Made by a program: the position numbers and the translations under genes
Part shown: piece after piece, positions 1 to 12,255 of the stretch
Layout of the letters: every line of letters starts with the position of its first letter
Numbering within the stretch: the stretch's first letter is position 1
Notes under the pieces: generated by a model
What the model was told of the DNA's origin: nothing
What the model saw: the letters and a program-made list of their open reading frames with translations, nothing else
Databases searched by the model: none
From: Mobula hypostoma
Lineage: Eukaryota
Assembly: GCF_963921235.1 (NCBI RefSeq)
Contig: NC_086108.1
Coordinates: forward strand, 46,688,001-46,752,000
Length of the DNA: 64,000 nucleotides
Direction: 5' to 3'

Positions 1-1332
1 GTGCCAACCAATGGATGGAGTGCTCAAGACATCTTCAGCCTGTGGTCCATGGTTCCCCCTGATCTACTTCAAAAGGGCTTCATACCAGTTCCCAAGAAGA
101 ACAGGATGAGTTGCCTCAAAGACTATTACCCAGTAGGACTCACATCTGCCTTAATGGAGTGTTTCAAGAAGTCAGTTATGGCTAGAATTAACTCCCGCCT
201 AAGCAAGGACCTGGACCCGCTGCAATTCATCTTCTGCTGAGTCACAGTTTTTAATTCTTTTTGGTCAACAAGATGCAATCTCATCTGGCCTTAGACCACC
301 TGAACAACTGCAATACCTATGCCAGGCTGCTGTTTATCATTTATATCTTGGTGTACAATACCATCATTCCCTCAGTATTAGTAACCAAGCTTCAGAACCT
401 GGGCCTCTGTACCTCTTTCTAAAACTCCCTTATTGAAAGGTTGATAAGTAACATCTCCACCTCTCTGCTTGGTCCACTGCTGTCTCCTCTCTACTCACAT
501 GACTGTGTGGTAAGCACAGATCAGACACCACCTATAAATTATTTGATGACACCCACTGTTATTGGTAGAATCTCAGATGGTGATGAGGAGGCTTACAGGA
601 ATGAGATAAACCACTGGTTGAGTTGTGTCACAACAAGAAGCTCACATTCAACATCAGCAAGACCAAGGAACTTACTGTGGACTTCAGGAAGGGGAAGGCA
701 GGAGAACACACATCAGTACTCACTGAGTGGTCAGTAGTGGAAAGGGTGAGCAGCTTGAAGTTCCTGGGCATCAAACATCTCAGAGGAACTATCCTGAGTA
801 CAACGCATCAATGCAATCAAGAAGATGGCACACCAGCAGTACTACTTCATTAGGAGTTTGGGAAGATTTAATATGTCACAGTTTTCTATAGATAGATGGC
901 AGAAATCATTCTGATTGGTTACATCACCACCCGGTATTGAGGCTCCAATGTACAGGGTTGCAAGAGGCTGAGAGCCTTTCAGACTCAGCCAGCCCTGTCA
1001 CAGGTATAACCCTACCCACCAATAAGGACATCTTCAAGGGACAATGCCTCAAGAAGGTGGCATCCATCATTAAGAACCCTCACCATCCAGGACATGCCCT
1101 CTTCTCATTACCACCACTGAACAGACTCACACTCAATGTTTTAGAAACAGCTTCTTCCCCTTCACTGTCAGATTTCTGAACAGTCCATGAACCGATGATC
1201 ACTACCTCATTATTCCCTTTTTTCCCCATTATTTATTTATTTTTGTAATTTACAGATTTTTATGCCTTTGCACTGCACAGCTGCCAGTAAAAATATTTAC
1301 CTTGTAAGTCTGTGATAATAAAACTGATTCTG
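1..1332 (+). mobile_element. Rex1/Babar-type non-LTR retrotransposon, decayed 3' part (RT + C-terminal region)
   Basis: Fragmentary frames PVPKK..DYYPVGLTSALMECF..LDPLQF and LTFNISKTKELTVDFRK..VERVSSLKFLG, plus IIKNPHHPGHALFS; ends in ataataaaactgattctga. Many stops and frameshifts. Confidence 0.8.
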
Positions 1333-1475
1333 AAATTAATAGTTGATAGCCAAGCATTGAATGGTACCATGTGAAGGACATCATTGAGATAACAGGAGTC
1401 TGTATTGAAATGAAACTGCAGACTTGCATACAGTAAAGATAAAATTCTTGCTTTGCTTGTTTACCTCTATTACAG

Positions 1476-1554
1476 TAAAGATGTCCATCTTCCTGCAGAA
1501 CTTCAGCACTCGATAGCAGTGGAAGCAGAGGCACACAGAAAAGCAAAGGCCAAG
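1476..1554 (+). CDS. NPHS2: Podocin penultimate coding exon (79 bp, phase 2 to 0): (x)KDVHLPAELQHSIAVEAEAHRKAKAK
   Basis: Acceptor ...ctctattacag|T and donor AAG|gtaggg. Translation matches the stomatin/podocin KDVRLP..LQHSLAVEAEA motif; 79 bp equals the recalled size of human exon 7. Confidence 0.95.
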
Positions 1555-1837
1555 GTAGGGTAGGCCAAATTATCTTCAGGAGATTGTGAACAATTAATGC
1601 TGATTCATCTATTCTTTCTAATTTATGAACAAAATATACTTTAAACCAGAGGTTACTGCTTGTAGAGGTAGGGAGAGAGAGGATTAGAGAGATAATGCAG
1701 AACTAAGTACAAATGAGGACTAACTGAGATTACTCATTCTTGTTATCATTTCCGACACGTAGGGTATTCAAAGATATGTCCTATTTTATCCAATTCTGAA
1801 GACAATGCTAAGATTACACTGAGGGATTTCTGCTAGT

Positions 1838-1935
1838 CAGTTGAATACAAGCTCAATTGAAACCCGGTATTTGAAACATAATACTAGCTTGTTACATTTC
1901 AAATACCGGGTTTCAAATGAGCTTGTATCCAACTG
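1838..1935. repeat. Inverted repeat/hairpin (39-bp arms, 20-nt loop) in the NPHS2 last intron
   Basis: 1838-1876 cagttgaatacaagctcaattgaaacccggtatttgaaa is the reverse complement of 1897-1935 with 2 mismatches. Confidence 0.9.
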
Positions 1936-2065
1936 TAAGTATATGTAAGTATGTTGGATATGCATTCACAGAATTATAAAATGATATGACAGAAATAGCT
2001 ATTGGTGCATTGCTTGTAATGTTGCTAGAACTATCTAATTAATCCCACTCTCCCATTTCTTCCAA

Positions 2066-3125
2066 ATCAGTATCAGGATCAGGTTTAATATCACTGGCAG
2101 ATGTCATGAAATTTGTTGTTTTGTGGCAGCAGAATATTGCAATATAATTTTTTTTAAATTATAAATCACAATAAGAATTATATACAAAAATTAAATGAAA
2201 TAGGTAGTGCAAAAAGAGAGCAAGGAAAAGAAAAAAATAGTAAGGTAGTCTACAGGAGTTCATTTTCCATTCAGAAATTTGATGGCAGAGGAAAAGCAGC
2301 TGTCTTTGAAATATATATTGCCTGTCTTCAGGCTCTTGTACCTCCTCCTGGATGATTGGGGTTCTTAATGAAGAATGCCACCTTTTTGAGCATTGCCTAT
2401 TGAAGGTATCCATGATGCTGGGTAGGATAGTGCCCATGATGGAGCTGGCTGAGATTACAGCTTCTGCTCCTGTGCAGTGAGTAGCCCCTCCATTACCAGA
2501 CGATGATGCAATCAGTTTAAATGCTTTCCACAGTACACCTATAGAAACTTGCGAGAGTCTTTGGTGGCATACCAGGTCTCCTCAAACTCCTAATGAAATA
2601 TAGCCACTGTCATGTCTTCTTCATAATTGCATCAGTATGTTGGGCCCAGGATAGATCTTCAGAGATATTAACAGCCTGGATCTTGAAATTGCTCTCTTTC
2701 CACTGCTGATCCCTCAATGAGGACTGGTATGTGTTCCCCTGAATTCTCCTTCCTGAAGTCCACAATCAATTCCTTAGTCTTACTGATATTGAGTGGAATG
2801 TTGTTGTTGCAACACTATCTCACTTCATCATCATCTGAAATTCTGCCAACAATAGATCAGCAAATTTATAGATGGCGTTTGAGCTATCCTAGCCACAGTC
2901 ATGGGTTAAAGAGAGTAAAGCAGTAAGCTAAGCACACATGAGGAGGTCATGTCATTTCTCATGCGCATTGGCTATGGTCTCCCAATCAGCAAGTCAATGA
3001 TCCAGTTGCAGAGGGAGATTCAGAAGTGGCCCAGGTTTTGAAGCTCATTGATTAGTACTGAGGGTATGATTGGGTTGAATGCTGAGCTAGTAATCAATAA
3101 ACCACTGCCTGACATAGGTATTGCT
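2066..3125 (-). mobile_element. Rex1/Babar-type LINE fragment, antisense to the first copy
   Basis: Reverse complement of the same 3' tail (aatcagtatcaggatcaggtttaata) and the same region (GTILPSIMDTF..); a further decayed fragment follows to ~3125. Confidence 0.7.
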
Positions 3126-3219
3126 TCCCAAATAACTTCATAAACTTTCCCTTTGAATTTTTATCCAATTCCCTTTTGGCAGACAGCATCAGATAGAAAA
3201 TGAGTTAATGTTTCTACAA

Positions 3220-4580
3220 AGGAAATTATAGGCCAGTGAGCCTAACCTCAGTGTTTGGGAAAGTGTTAGATTCTATTATCAAGGCTGAGGTTTCAGGGTA
3301 CTTGGAGACTAACAATAAAATAAGTCAAGTCAGCATGGTTTCTGTAAAGGGAAATCTTGCCCGACAAATCTGTTACGAGTTCTTCGAGGATGTAACAAAC
3401 AGATTGGACAAAGGAGAAGCAGTGGATGTCATTTACTTGGGTTTTTGGAAGGCATTTGATAAGGTGCCACACATGAGGCTGCTTAACAAGATCAAATCCT
3501 GTTGCGTTACAAGAAAGATATTGGCATGGATAGAGGAATGGCTGACAGGCAGGAGGCAGCGAGTGGGAATAAAGGAGGCCTTTTCTAGTTAGCTGCCAGT
3601 GACTAGTGATGTTCCTCAGGGGTCAGTATTGGGACTGCTGCTTTTCACATTGAAATTGATTTGGATAATGGAATTGATGGCTTTGTGGCAAAGTTTGTTA
3701 GTACGAAGATAGATGGAGGTGTTGGTAACGCTGAGATATTGCACAGGACTTAGACAAATTGGAAGAATGGGCAAAAAAGTGGCAGATGGAATATAGTGTT
3801 AGAAATGTATGATAATGCATTTTGGTAAAAGTAACAATAGTGCAGACTATTATCTAAATGGGGAGAAGGTTCAAACATCAGAGGTGCAGAGGGACTTAGG
3901 AGCCCTCAAGCAAGACTCCCAGAAGGTTAATTCACAGGGTGAGTCTGTGGTAAAGTGGCCAAATGCAATATAGGCATCTATTTCAAGGGGAATAGAATAT
4001 AAAAGCAAGGAGATAATGCTGAAGCTTTATAAGACACAAGTCAGGCTGCACTTGGAGTGTTGCCAACAGCTCTCAGAAAGGATGTGTTGTCATTGGAGAG
4101 AATCCAGAGGAGGTTCACGAGGATGATTTTGGGAATGAAATGGTTTACAAATATGGAGCATTTGGCAGCTTTAGGCCTGTACTTACTGGGATCTAGAAGA
4201 ATGCAGGGGGATCTCATGGAAACCTACCGCATGTTGGAAGGACGAGATAAGGGGATGTGGAGAGGCTGTTCCCTCTGATGGGGGTATCCAGAACTAGAGG
4301 GCACAACCTCAAAATTGAGGGACGCCCTTTCAGAACAGAGATAAGAAGGAATTTTTCTAGCCAGAGAGTGGTGAATCTGTGAAATGCTCTGCCACAGACT
4401 GCAGTGGAGGCCAAGTTCGTGGGTATATTTCAGGCAGAAGATGATCGTTTCGTGATCAGTCAGGACATCAAAGGATATGGCGATATGGAGTTGAGTGGAA
4501 TCCAGGAACAGCCATGATGAATGGGGGAGCAGACTCGAAGGGCTGAATGGCTTAATTCTGCTCTTATATCTTAAGGTCTT
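3220..4580 (+). mobile_element. CR1-type LINE, 5'-truncated, decayed RT and 3' end
   Basis: YRPVSLTSVFGKVL..VDVIYLGFWKAFDKVPHMRLLNKIK..WLTGRRQRVGI, VPQGSVLG and LERIQRRFTRMI motifs. Confidence 0.9.
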
Positions 4581-5512
4581 ACTCAAAATTACAGTGAGTT
4601 TTTCCTGCTCTGTTTTTATTTCATTCTTTCCAGCATCTGCCTGGTTTTGTTTTCCTTTTTGGATTATAATGATTTACTTGTAATAAATCTGTCTCCTCTC
4701 TCTATTCCCCAATTCTGCATTATTGAACAGGGGCGTATATTCTGTTCCTAAAATGTTCTCTCACTAAGCTTGTCCACTTATACCACCTCATTCCTCACAA
4801 CATGAACCAGTTTGCTTTCCTCATTGAGCTGGAAAAGCATTGATGATGGAAGTTCATTGTCCACATTTAGTACAGTATCATATGTAGCTCATTGCTCTTT
4901 TGCAAAATCTGCTAAATAAGAGTGCTGTCTTGATTTTGCTGAAATTCAAAATATTAGCAAGATCACCTAGTGGAATTAAAAATACCTAGTTCATAAGTCA
5001 CGGGTGTAGCAGTGATCAGAAAATGGTCATGAATATCAGTGAAACTGGTGATGGTGGGAGCAGAAGGATACTGGATAATGGTGGTACTAAACACAAAACA
5101 AATCTAATTTTACCTGGGTCTGCAGGTTGGCAGCGTGAACATTGAACGTTGGCTCGGAAACCTCCAAACCAACACGTCTATGGAAGCAAACCTGTACGGT
5201 CACAAGGAGAATATGCATACTCCATTCAAACAGCAACAGAGGTCAGGATTAAACCCAGGTTGCTGGAGCTAAGGGGTAACAGCTCCACTAACTACACTAC
5301 TCTGCCACTTTAGAGTAGTCTATATGACCTTTTCTCCTCTCTAGAAACAAAATACATATTTTATGTGAATCAGAGTTGCACTGACTTTTTAATCTTAAGA
5401 TGGACCAAACTAATGGCATAAACTTCATCTTAGCAACTAAGGAAACCATGTTACTACAAAAGGAATGTATTTTAGTTAACCTAACTTTCAAACCTTTTTA
5501 AATGAATTGCAG

Positions 5513-5794
5513 GTGATCGCAGCTGAAGCTGAGAAGGATGCTTCAGAAGCCCTAAAAACTGCAGCAGACGTTCTCTCTGGATCTTCTGCCGCCATCCAGC
5601 TACGTTATCTCCACACACTGCACACACTCTCTGCTGAGAAAACTTCCACTGTCATCTTACCTCTGCCTTTTGACATTCTTAATACTACATCAGCCATTGC
5701 CCAGAAATCTTTAGAGACCAATGCAGCAACTCAAACAACAAGAACAGCACAGACTTCACAGCAGAAACCTAAGCCTGACTCTCCAATGTTATAA
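5513..5794 (+). CDS. NPHS2: Podocin last coding exon (93 aa + TAA): [36 protein letters not shown]...KPKPDSPML*
   Basis: Acceptor aattgcag|GTG, phase 0, matching the previous donor. Contains [18 protein letters not shown] and the podocin-diagnostic C-terminal DSPML. Confidence 0.97.
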   Translation: MIAAEAEKDASEALKTAADVLSGSSAAIQLRYLHTLHTLSAEKTSTVILPLPFDILNTTSAIAQKSLETNAATQTTRTAQTSQQKPKPDSPML

Positions 5795-5886
5795 GTGATG
5801 GAAAGACTTAATTCTAGCTGACAAGATCTATCTGTTATTTCTTTTTACTAGATGCATGGACAACTTTGCCATTAGTGAGTTTTGGT

Positions 5887-5892
5887 AATAAA
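5887..5892 (+). promoter_or_regulatory. Candidate polyadenylation signal of NPHS2
   Basis: First AATAAA after the stop codon, ~93 nt downstream. Confidence 0.55.
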
Positions 5893-6154
5893 ATTAATGC
5901 ATTAATATTTTAATGAATGAATTGTCCAGTACTTAATGAAGTTACAAAAATCATCAGTTCTGAGAGAAGACAGGTAATTTTTAAAAAACTCTGTATACGA
6001 CAGGATAAGAACAAGCAGATCTTTCATAGTGGAATGTGTTCATTGGGATATCTGGTATATTTGTATCAGTGTACTTGTCTTTGTTACTCTAAATGCTAAA
6101 TGATACAATACAAATTTGCCAACAGAGAACCTGGCCTGAAAGTAAATGTTACTT

Positions 6155-6192
6155 TAGTCCTGACGAAGGGTCTTGGCCTGAAACGTCGACTG
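6155..6192 (+). ncRNA. Minimal type-I hammerhead ribozyme motif (PLE-derived)
   Basis: TAGTC-CTGACGA-AGGGTCTTGGCCT-GAAA-CGTC|GACTG. Intact CUGANGA and GAAA cores, GUC cleavage triplet, stem I TAGTC/GACTG, short stem II, palindromic ACGT in place of stem III. Confidence 0.75.
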
Positions 6193-6255
6193 CACCTCTT
6201 CCTACAGATGCTGCCTGGCCTGCTGCGTTCACCAGCAACTTTGATGTGTGTTGTT
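6155..6255 (+). mobile_element. Very short Penelope-like pseudo-LTR tail
   Basis: Same gatgctgcctggcctgctg..ttc.ccagca tail as the larger PLE copies in this window. Confidence 0.7.
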
Positions 6256-6399
6256 ACTTTACGAACTTGTTTCCAAAATCTATAATTTTAAAAAGAAACA
6301 AACATGCTTCCTGGTCCTTTGCAAGACAAAATCTGTAATATGTCATAAAGTTTCATCTTCCTTTATTAGCAATGGACTTCAATCGACTTATCTAAAGAA

Positions 6400-6795
6400 A
6401 ATACAGTGCAGGAACAGGCCTTTCAGCGTAAGATGTCTGTGAGGACCATGAAGCCAACCCAAACTAATCCCATCTGCCTGCATATGGTCCATGTCACTCC
6501 ACCCTTGCCTGTTCATATACTGTCCGAATGCTTCTTAAACTTTGATAATATATCTGCTTCTCTGCCACTTCCCCTGACAGTGCATTAGATGCTGTGTAAA
6601 ATAAACATACATGCCTCATAAATCTCCTTTAAACTATTCCCTTCTTACCTTAAAGCAATGCCCTCTAATATTTGACATTTCCACGCTTGGGAAAAAAGAC
6701 TCTGACTATCTAACCTATCTGTGCCTCTCACAATTTATCAGGTCATTTCTCAGCCTTCAATGCGCCACAGAAAACGCAAGTTTCTCCAGCTCTCT
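6400..6795 (-). mobile_element. CR1-like LINE 3' fragment
   Basis: Reverse complement of the CR1 3' end seen at 4.3-4.6 kb and 15.4-15.8 kb. Confidence 0.6.
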
Positions 6796-6879
6796 TTATG
6801 GAGAACAAAAAAGGTATATAAAATTCTACCTGCATCCGGCTTTGAGGGTACGTTGGTGATGCCTAAATAGACTTAAGTG

Positions 6880-7260
6880 CATCAAAGCAGCCTTTGGTTG
6901 ATAGAGGAAAAAGCATGAATGAATTGGAAATCAGAGATCTGGCACACACCTCACAGTCTACTAGGCAGCAATAGTCTCTGCCCTCTGATATACACACATT
7001 GAGACATGGACTACCTGCTGCAGGCACCTGATACCACCAATCTTCAAATTCTGCATGAAGGATGAACAGTCCAGGGTCAATGTCCTCTATCAGGCCAACA
7101 TCCTCAGTGGTTACATTCCATCGGTTCAGTTGGGCAGGCCACATAATTTGTATGCCAAACGCCATACTCCCAGAGCAGACACTCTACTCTGGAAAACATT
7201 ATCAAGCAGTGATAATGAAAACTTAAAATTACCAGAACAAGTCATATTGTCCCTCACCTT
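6880..7260 (+). mobile_element. RTE-like LINE remnant
   Basis: Degenerate (L)xWAGHIICMPNAILPxQTLY-like C-terminal RTE motif around 7125-7190. Confidence 0.45.
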
Positions 7261-7804
7261 GTTGCATAACTCATGAGAATTGGTCTGTGAGGTTCTTTAA
7301 ATGGTCCAGAATTACTGCAATGCACTTTCTTGGAAACCATTGAATTATGAAAGTGATGTTTTTTCCATATTGTTTTACTTACTTCTTCCCTTACATAATG
7401 TTATTTCAGGTGTCTAATCAGTTGCATCAGTTCATATAGCTTATAGTTGTACTCCTGTGTAATTCAATGGTGCTAAATGAGTGGTGTTTCTTGAATGATA
7501 TTTATAATTGGACCCAAATGTTTGTTTGATATTTTCCATTCTGCACATGAAAATAAATTAACATACCTACACATAAAATATTGATGATCACAAATGACAG
7601 ACTGCATGCAAAATTCTGTTCCCTGTGAACATGGGGCAGGATTTAGTAATACTGAGACTGCCTTAGTTCTACTGAGGCATTGGCTCTTCCACACCCATTC
7701 AATTTTTCCACCAAAAGGTGGGGCAGAGCAATTGCACCCAACCAGAAATTCACTCCAGAAGGTTAAAAAGTTGAGGCACTTATGCTCAAGCTCAAAGACG
7801 TTGC

Positions 7805-7810
7805 TTTATT
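7805..7810 (-). promoter_or_regulatory. Candidate polyadenylation signal of AXDND1
   Basis: tttatt on + (AATAAA on -), ~250 nt after the stop codon at 8060. Confidence 0.45.
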
Positions 7811-8059
7811 TATAATTAGGAGTATTTGTCTAAATTGCTTTATGGGGCATTTACTTGCAATGTTTTTGCAGCTTAAGACTAATTTGAAATAGAAGCCTAC
7901 TTAAAGTATGATTTCAATTCTACTTCAAAACAACATTGCTGACTGCAATTTGAAACACATTTGGCATTAATGGAAATAAATGTACTTAACACAGAATTTG
8001 AAAAGACTGGTTTATCATATGGAAAATGTGCCATATGGTTTCATAAAATAAAGCAGACA

Positions 8060-8163
8060 TCATCTTTTGGTCTTGGACTTGACTTTGGTGACTTTTGACT
8101 TGAAAGGAGCCTTTGTGACATGTACAATAGATCGAGCAGATGTAGTTCTGGCTGGAGGCACAC
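8060..8163 (-). CDS. AXDND1: AXDND1-like last coding exon: (S)VPPARTTSARSIVHVTKAPFKSKVTKVKSKTKR*
   Basis: Very strong acceptor ttttattttgtttctcttttag|GT. Phase 1 matches the donor at 17719, and the frame is open to TGA at 8060-8062 with a basic tail. Confidence 0.75.
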
Positions 8164-8509
8164 CTAAAAGAGAAACAAAATAAAATGTTGCAGTTAATTC
8201 AGTCAGTTTTATACTCATACTGGTTTTATTTACAGTGATGGTCAGTGCATTGTTCTATCAATGCCCAGTGAGCAGAAAGTTCTCCATATTAATATGGTAA
8301 TATTTTTGGTTCTCCTCTTTACAAAATAATTTTAAATGCCTGATTCAGAGAAATATCACTACATTAATTGGCTTCTTTAATTGACACTAAGCATGTAAAC
8401 TTCGTTATATTCTCATAATAACACTCCTGTTTTTCTACCTCCTCTTCATATCAGATATTAATATAATTCAGCGCTAATGTAGGAAAACTAGAGACAGGGC
8501 AACTAGGTA

Positions 8510-9016
8510 GCACAAACTAAATGCTGGAGGAACTCAGAAGGTCAAGTAACATCTATGAAAATGAATAAACAGTCAAATGTTTCAGACCAAATCCCTTCAT
8601 TAGGACTGGAAAGGAAGGAGAAATAAGCCCCAATAAGAAGGTGGTGTAGAGGAAGTACAAACTAGAAGGTAAAGATGAAGCCATGTGATGGGGGAGGACA
8701 GATGAAGTAAACAGCTGGGAGGCAACAGGTGGAAAAGGTAAAGGGAAGGAGAAGAATCTGATAGGAGAGAAGAATGGACAATGGGAGAAAGAGAAGGATG
8801 TGGACATCAGGGGGAGGTGATATGCAGGTGAGGAGTATAAAAGAGGTTACAGGACAGGCCAGAGTAGGGAACAGAGGAAGAGGGAAGGGGCGGCGGGGGG
8901 ATGGAATTACCGGAAGTTGGAGAAATCAATGTTCATGCCATCAGATTGGAGACAACCCAAAAGGATTATGAGGTGTTGCTCCTCCATTCTGACAGTGGCC
9001 TCATTGTGGCAAGTCA
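8510..9016 (-). mobile_element. Penelope-like element 3' part (GIY-YIG C-terminus + pseudo-LTR)
   Basis: CHNEATVRMEEQHLIILLGCLQSDGMNIDFSNFR; degenerate hammerhead motif at ~8571-8608. Confidence 0.8.
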
Positions 9017-12000
9017 GTAACAACATAATGTTATTGTTGATTTGTAAGAAGCTTAAAGGTAGATAATTAAAGGAAGCTTGCCAAAGGAAGAACAGAATAG
9101 CCCTGGTAAAAATGAATAGGTGAAATGCATCTTGAAATTCCCTAATTTCCAGTTTCTCACCTGCTATTGAAGAAAATGATTGAACATCATTGAACACTCT
9201 TGAGATGAGATGAGTCTTTTTATTGTTTTGTCAATAACTTACATTATTGTTTTAGAACTGTTTCAGAAACTTTTCAAAACCGAGGTGAGAAGCCAATACC
9301 CAAAATACAAAGTCAAGGTGAAATCAGAGCAGAAAAAAGGAAATTAAAACAAAAATTAGGAGATCCCTTACTTCCTGCCTCTATTAACCTTACAGGGTGC
9401 TTTCTTAATAATTATTTTTTTTCCATATAGCTATCTAAAACCAGGGACAAATACAATTTGGCATCCATGTGCCTACTATGCATTGTGCCCCAAAATTTTC
9501 TTTAATACAAAGACAACTTAATCAAGTACCACTGCAATTTAAATTAAACATCTGAATGATTACAAAAAGCTAAAAGTACTGTCAAGTTTCAGTTTCCAAT
9601 TGTACATTGTAGGAAATGCTACTTATAAGCATCACAGATGCAATTAAATTATTGTTTTTAAATCGAGCTATTGTTTACCAAGCTGTTAATTACATTGACA
9701 CTAAGGTCAAATTTCTTTGGTCTTTGAACAAGTATGCTCTTTCTTCATGATCACAATAATACTAGAAATTAATTTACTCTATTATAATAAAATAATGGAT
9801 AAATATAGGAGCTCTAAACTTACTCATGTTTATTTGTAACACTTCCAAAAAACTCTTTTCCCCAGGGTTACCCTTCACAATGTTGCCTGGGTCTTGAAAT
9901 TCTGCTCTGTTCCCAGAGCCTGAATTCTTCAACTTTGCCTGTGGACAGATTCTGTGTGCATGAAAAAATGCATCATAGGAGTTGTTGCTTTAACCTCTCC
10001 CATGGAAGAATAATATTCAGAATGTATCATGACAGCCCACATGACATCACAATTAGGAGTAAAAATTACAACAATAGCAATTGAATGGAAAAGGAAAAAA
10101 GCAAATGCATTTATCACTGAAAAGTTATGGGAGAATCAAATTGAGAAAGTTCATGAGGTAAGTGGTACATTCAGGCTTGCAACCAAAATTAATCCATAAA
10201 GTCCCACTTATTACACATGGGGCTGATGCTGTGAATAAATTCTTCATCCTGAAATATAGGTTGAATAAGAAATTCAACACCACAAAGAGTAAACCAAAAA
10301 ATAAATTTGGATGCAGTCGAATTCTGAAGTGCACCACAGGAGATAAAAGAATAATTTTTGAATTTGCAACTTTCTTCTTGAACTTGCAGTTTATAGAAGT
10401 TTTCAAACATAGTAGGGAAATATATAAGTGGTATACATCAATTTTGCAGTCAGCAATTTTTAAAGTCTTGGCTCAAATTATTTTCCTTTTAACAAATGCA
10501 TAAGTCCACAAAAGGAAATGATATCAAATGCTGGATCAAACAAACATTTTGTGGAGAAGTAGAATTGAGGTTTCGGGGTGATGAATTCACAAGTACCTGG
10601 AATAGTTAAAGTTACACAAGTTTTAAGATGCAGAGGGAAAAGAAAGGAAGAGTAGAAAGGAAAATCTATGGTAGCGTTAATTGCAGGAGGGATTATGTGA
10701 TGAAACAGATGATAGTATAAAATGACAAAGAATGGCAATGGGTCAAATAAAGATAGAAAGGTCAAGTGTAAATGGGAGAAATTATCTTAATCTTCAAAAG
10801 GAAAAATAGCACTGGCCAGAAATCTTAACTAAAAATTATCTACATTAAACTCAGTATTGAGTTCAGAAGGCAACAATGAAAAAAACTGAACTTACGTTGA
10901 GCATCATTACAACAGCAGAGAGAGGGGGTTAAGCAATTAAATAGTTGGCCATCTGGAAGGGAAGAGTTACATTTGTAGAGGGTTTGAGGTGTTCTCAGCA
11001 GAGTGGTCAACCAGTTTGTATTTCATCTCACTGCAGAGGAGACAGTACAAGCAGCCAAAACAGTGTGATAAATTGAAAGAAGTACAAGTAAATCACTCAT
11101 GATTAGAGAAAGTGCTGTCTCCTAATTTTTTTAAATGCAAATCCAAAGAAAGCTTTAATGAAATCACAATGTAGTCAAGATCAGTGAACACATTAGCAAA
11201 GCCCATGTGCCAACAACTGCACAACAAATCCACAAAGTCCTCCAACTCATATCCAGCAATTAATATTCATGTTGAATATTCAAATGATTCTATACAAAAG
11301 TACTCATTTGCCACTACTACAATACTCACAAAGACATAAACACACACAAAATGCACTTTATCAAACTTTCAGCTGTTCAGTCAAATCAATCATACCATAC
11401 TGCAATGCACGCCTCACAGGCATTCTTCCTTCAGAAGAATTCTTTCACCGAGAGAATAGTTAAAATCTGGAACACACTACCTGAAGAGCTGGAGGAGCCA
11501 GATGTTATCATTATACTTAAATATTCTTGTATGTAGCAGAAATCCCATGGCATGGTTCAATCCAGCATCCAGCAATCTGACCTCCAGTGGACTACTACAA
11601 TTGCTGAAGTGTGCCAGCCTTTCACTGTTTACTATATCAAGTGACCCAGACTCTCATTTTAATATAAGAAATAGAACAACAATTCTTCAATAATTCATTC
11701 GCCAAGCTATTCTGAACTGTACAATTGATGCTATCAGGGACCAGAATCTGTCTGTTTAATTAGTACACTTTCAGCCCAGGCAGTATCTGAAGCCTACAGA
11801 TTAGTCTCTGACCCAGGAAGGGGGAGAAGCACGTGTCCAGTCCAACTGTTTGATCACTGCTCTGGGGGGGGGGGGCGGGGGGAGATTAAATCTGAGATCA
11901 GTTGCAGGCTGACTGGGGTGGAACATCCCATCGGCACCCACTTGAATTATTTACATGATGAATGATATTTACGCTTGACTACAATGCATTTTCATGAGTG

Positions 12001-12138
12001 TCTATCTATTCAGAAGAAAGGAACGTTAAGAGTAAATGAGTAAAGGACTCATAGAAATATCATGTGCAACTTCAGCACAGGAATCACTTTATTGTCAGAA
12101 TACTAAGTACACATTTAAGTTATAAAAGCTCTGACTAA

Positions 12139-12255
12139 ATTTCAATGAATTTAGATAACCATATCATTTTATTTTTCAGATTACTGACTGCATCCGTATC
12201 AATTTCAATGGATTTAGATACCCACATTATTTTATTTTCCAGATTGCTGCTTGCA
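12139..12255. repeat. Two-copy tandem duplication (~62-bp unit)
   Basis: aatttcaatg(a/g)atttagata..ca.at.attttatttt(t/c)cagatt(a/g)ctg repeated at ~12139 and ~12201. Confidence 0.8.

Noticed and set aside
9870..9955. Possible extra AXDND1 exon (minus-strand acceptors ..cacacag/..ccacag, donor gtaacc)
   Set aside because: Lengths (67 or 80 nt) do not preserve the phase 1-1 frame, and one option hits a stop after 7 codons; the exon at 8163 has a much better acceptor.
10125..10765. Cluster of 70-110 aa ORFs on both strands
   Set aside because: AT-rich intron, no splice signals or recognisable domains; consistent with chance ORFs.
11863..11883. Poly-G run (possible G-quadruplex)
   Set aside because: Simple homopolymer within a decayed repeat; length unreliable and no functional context.
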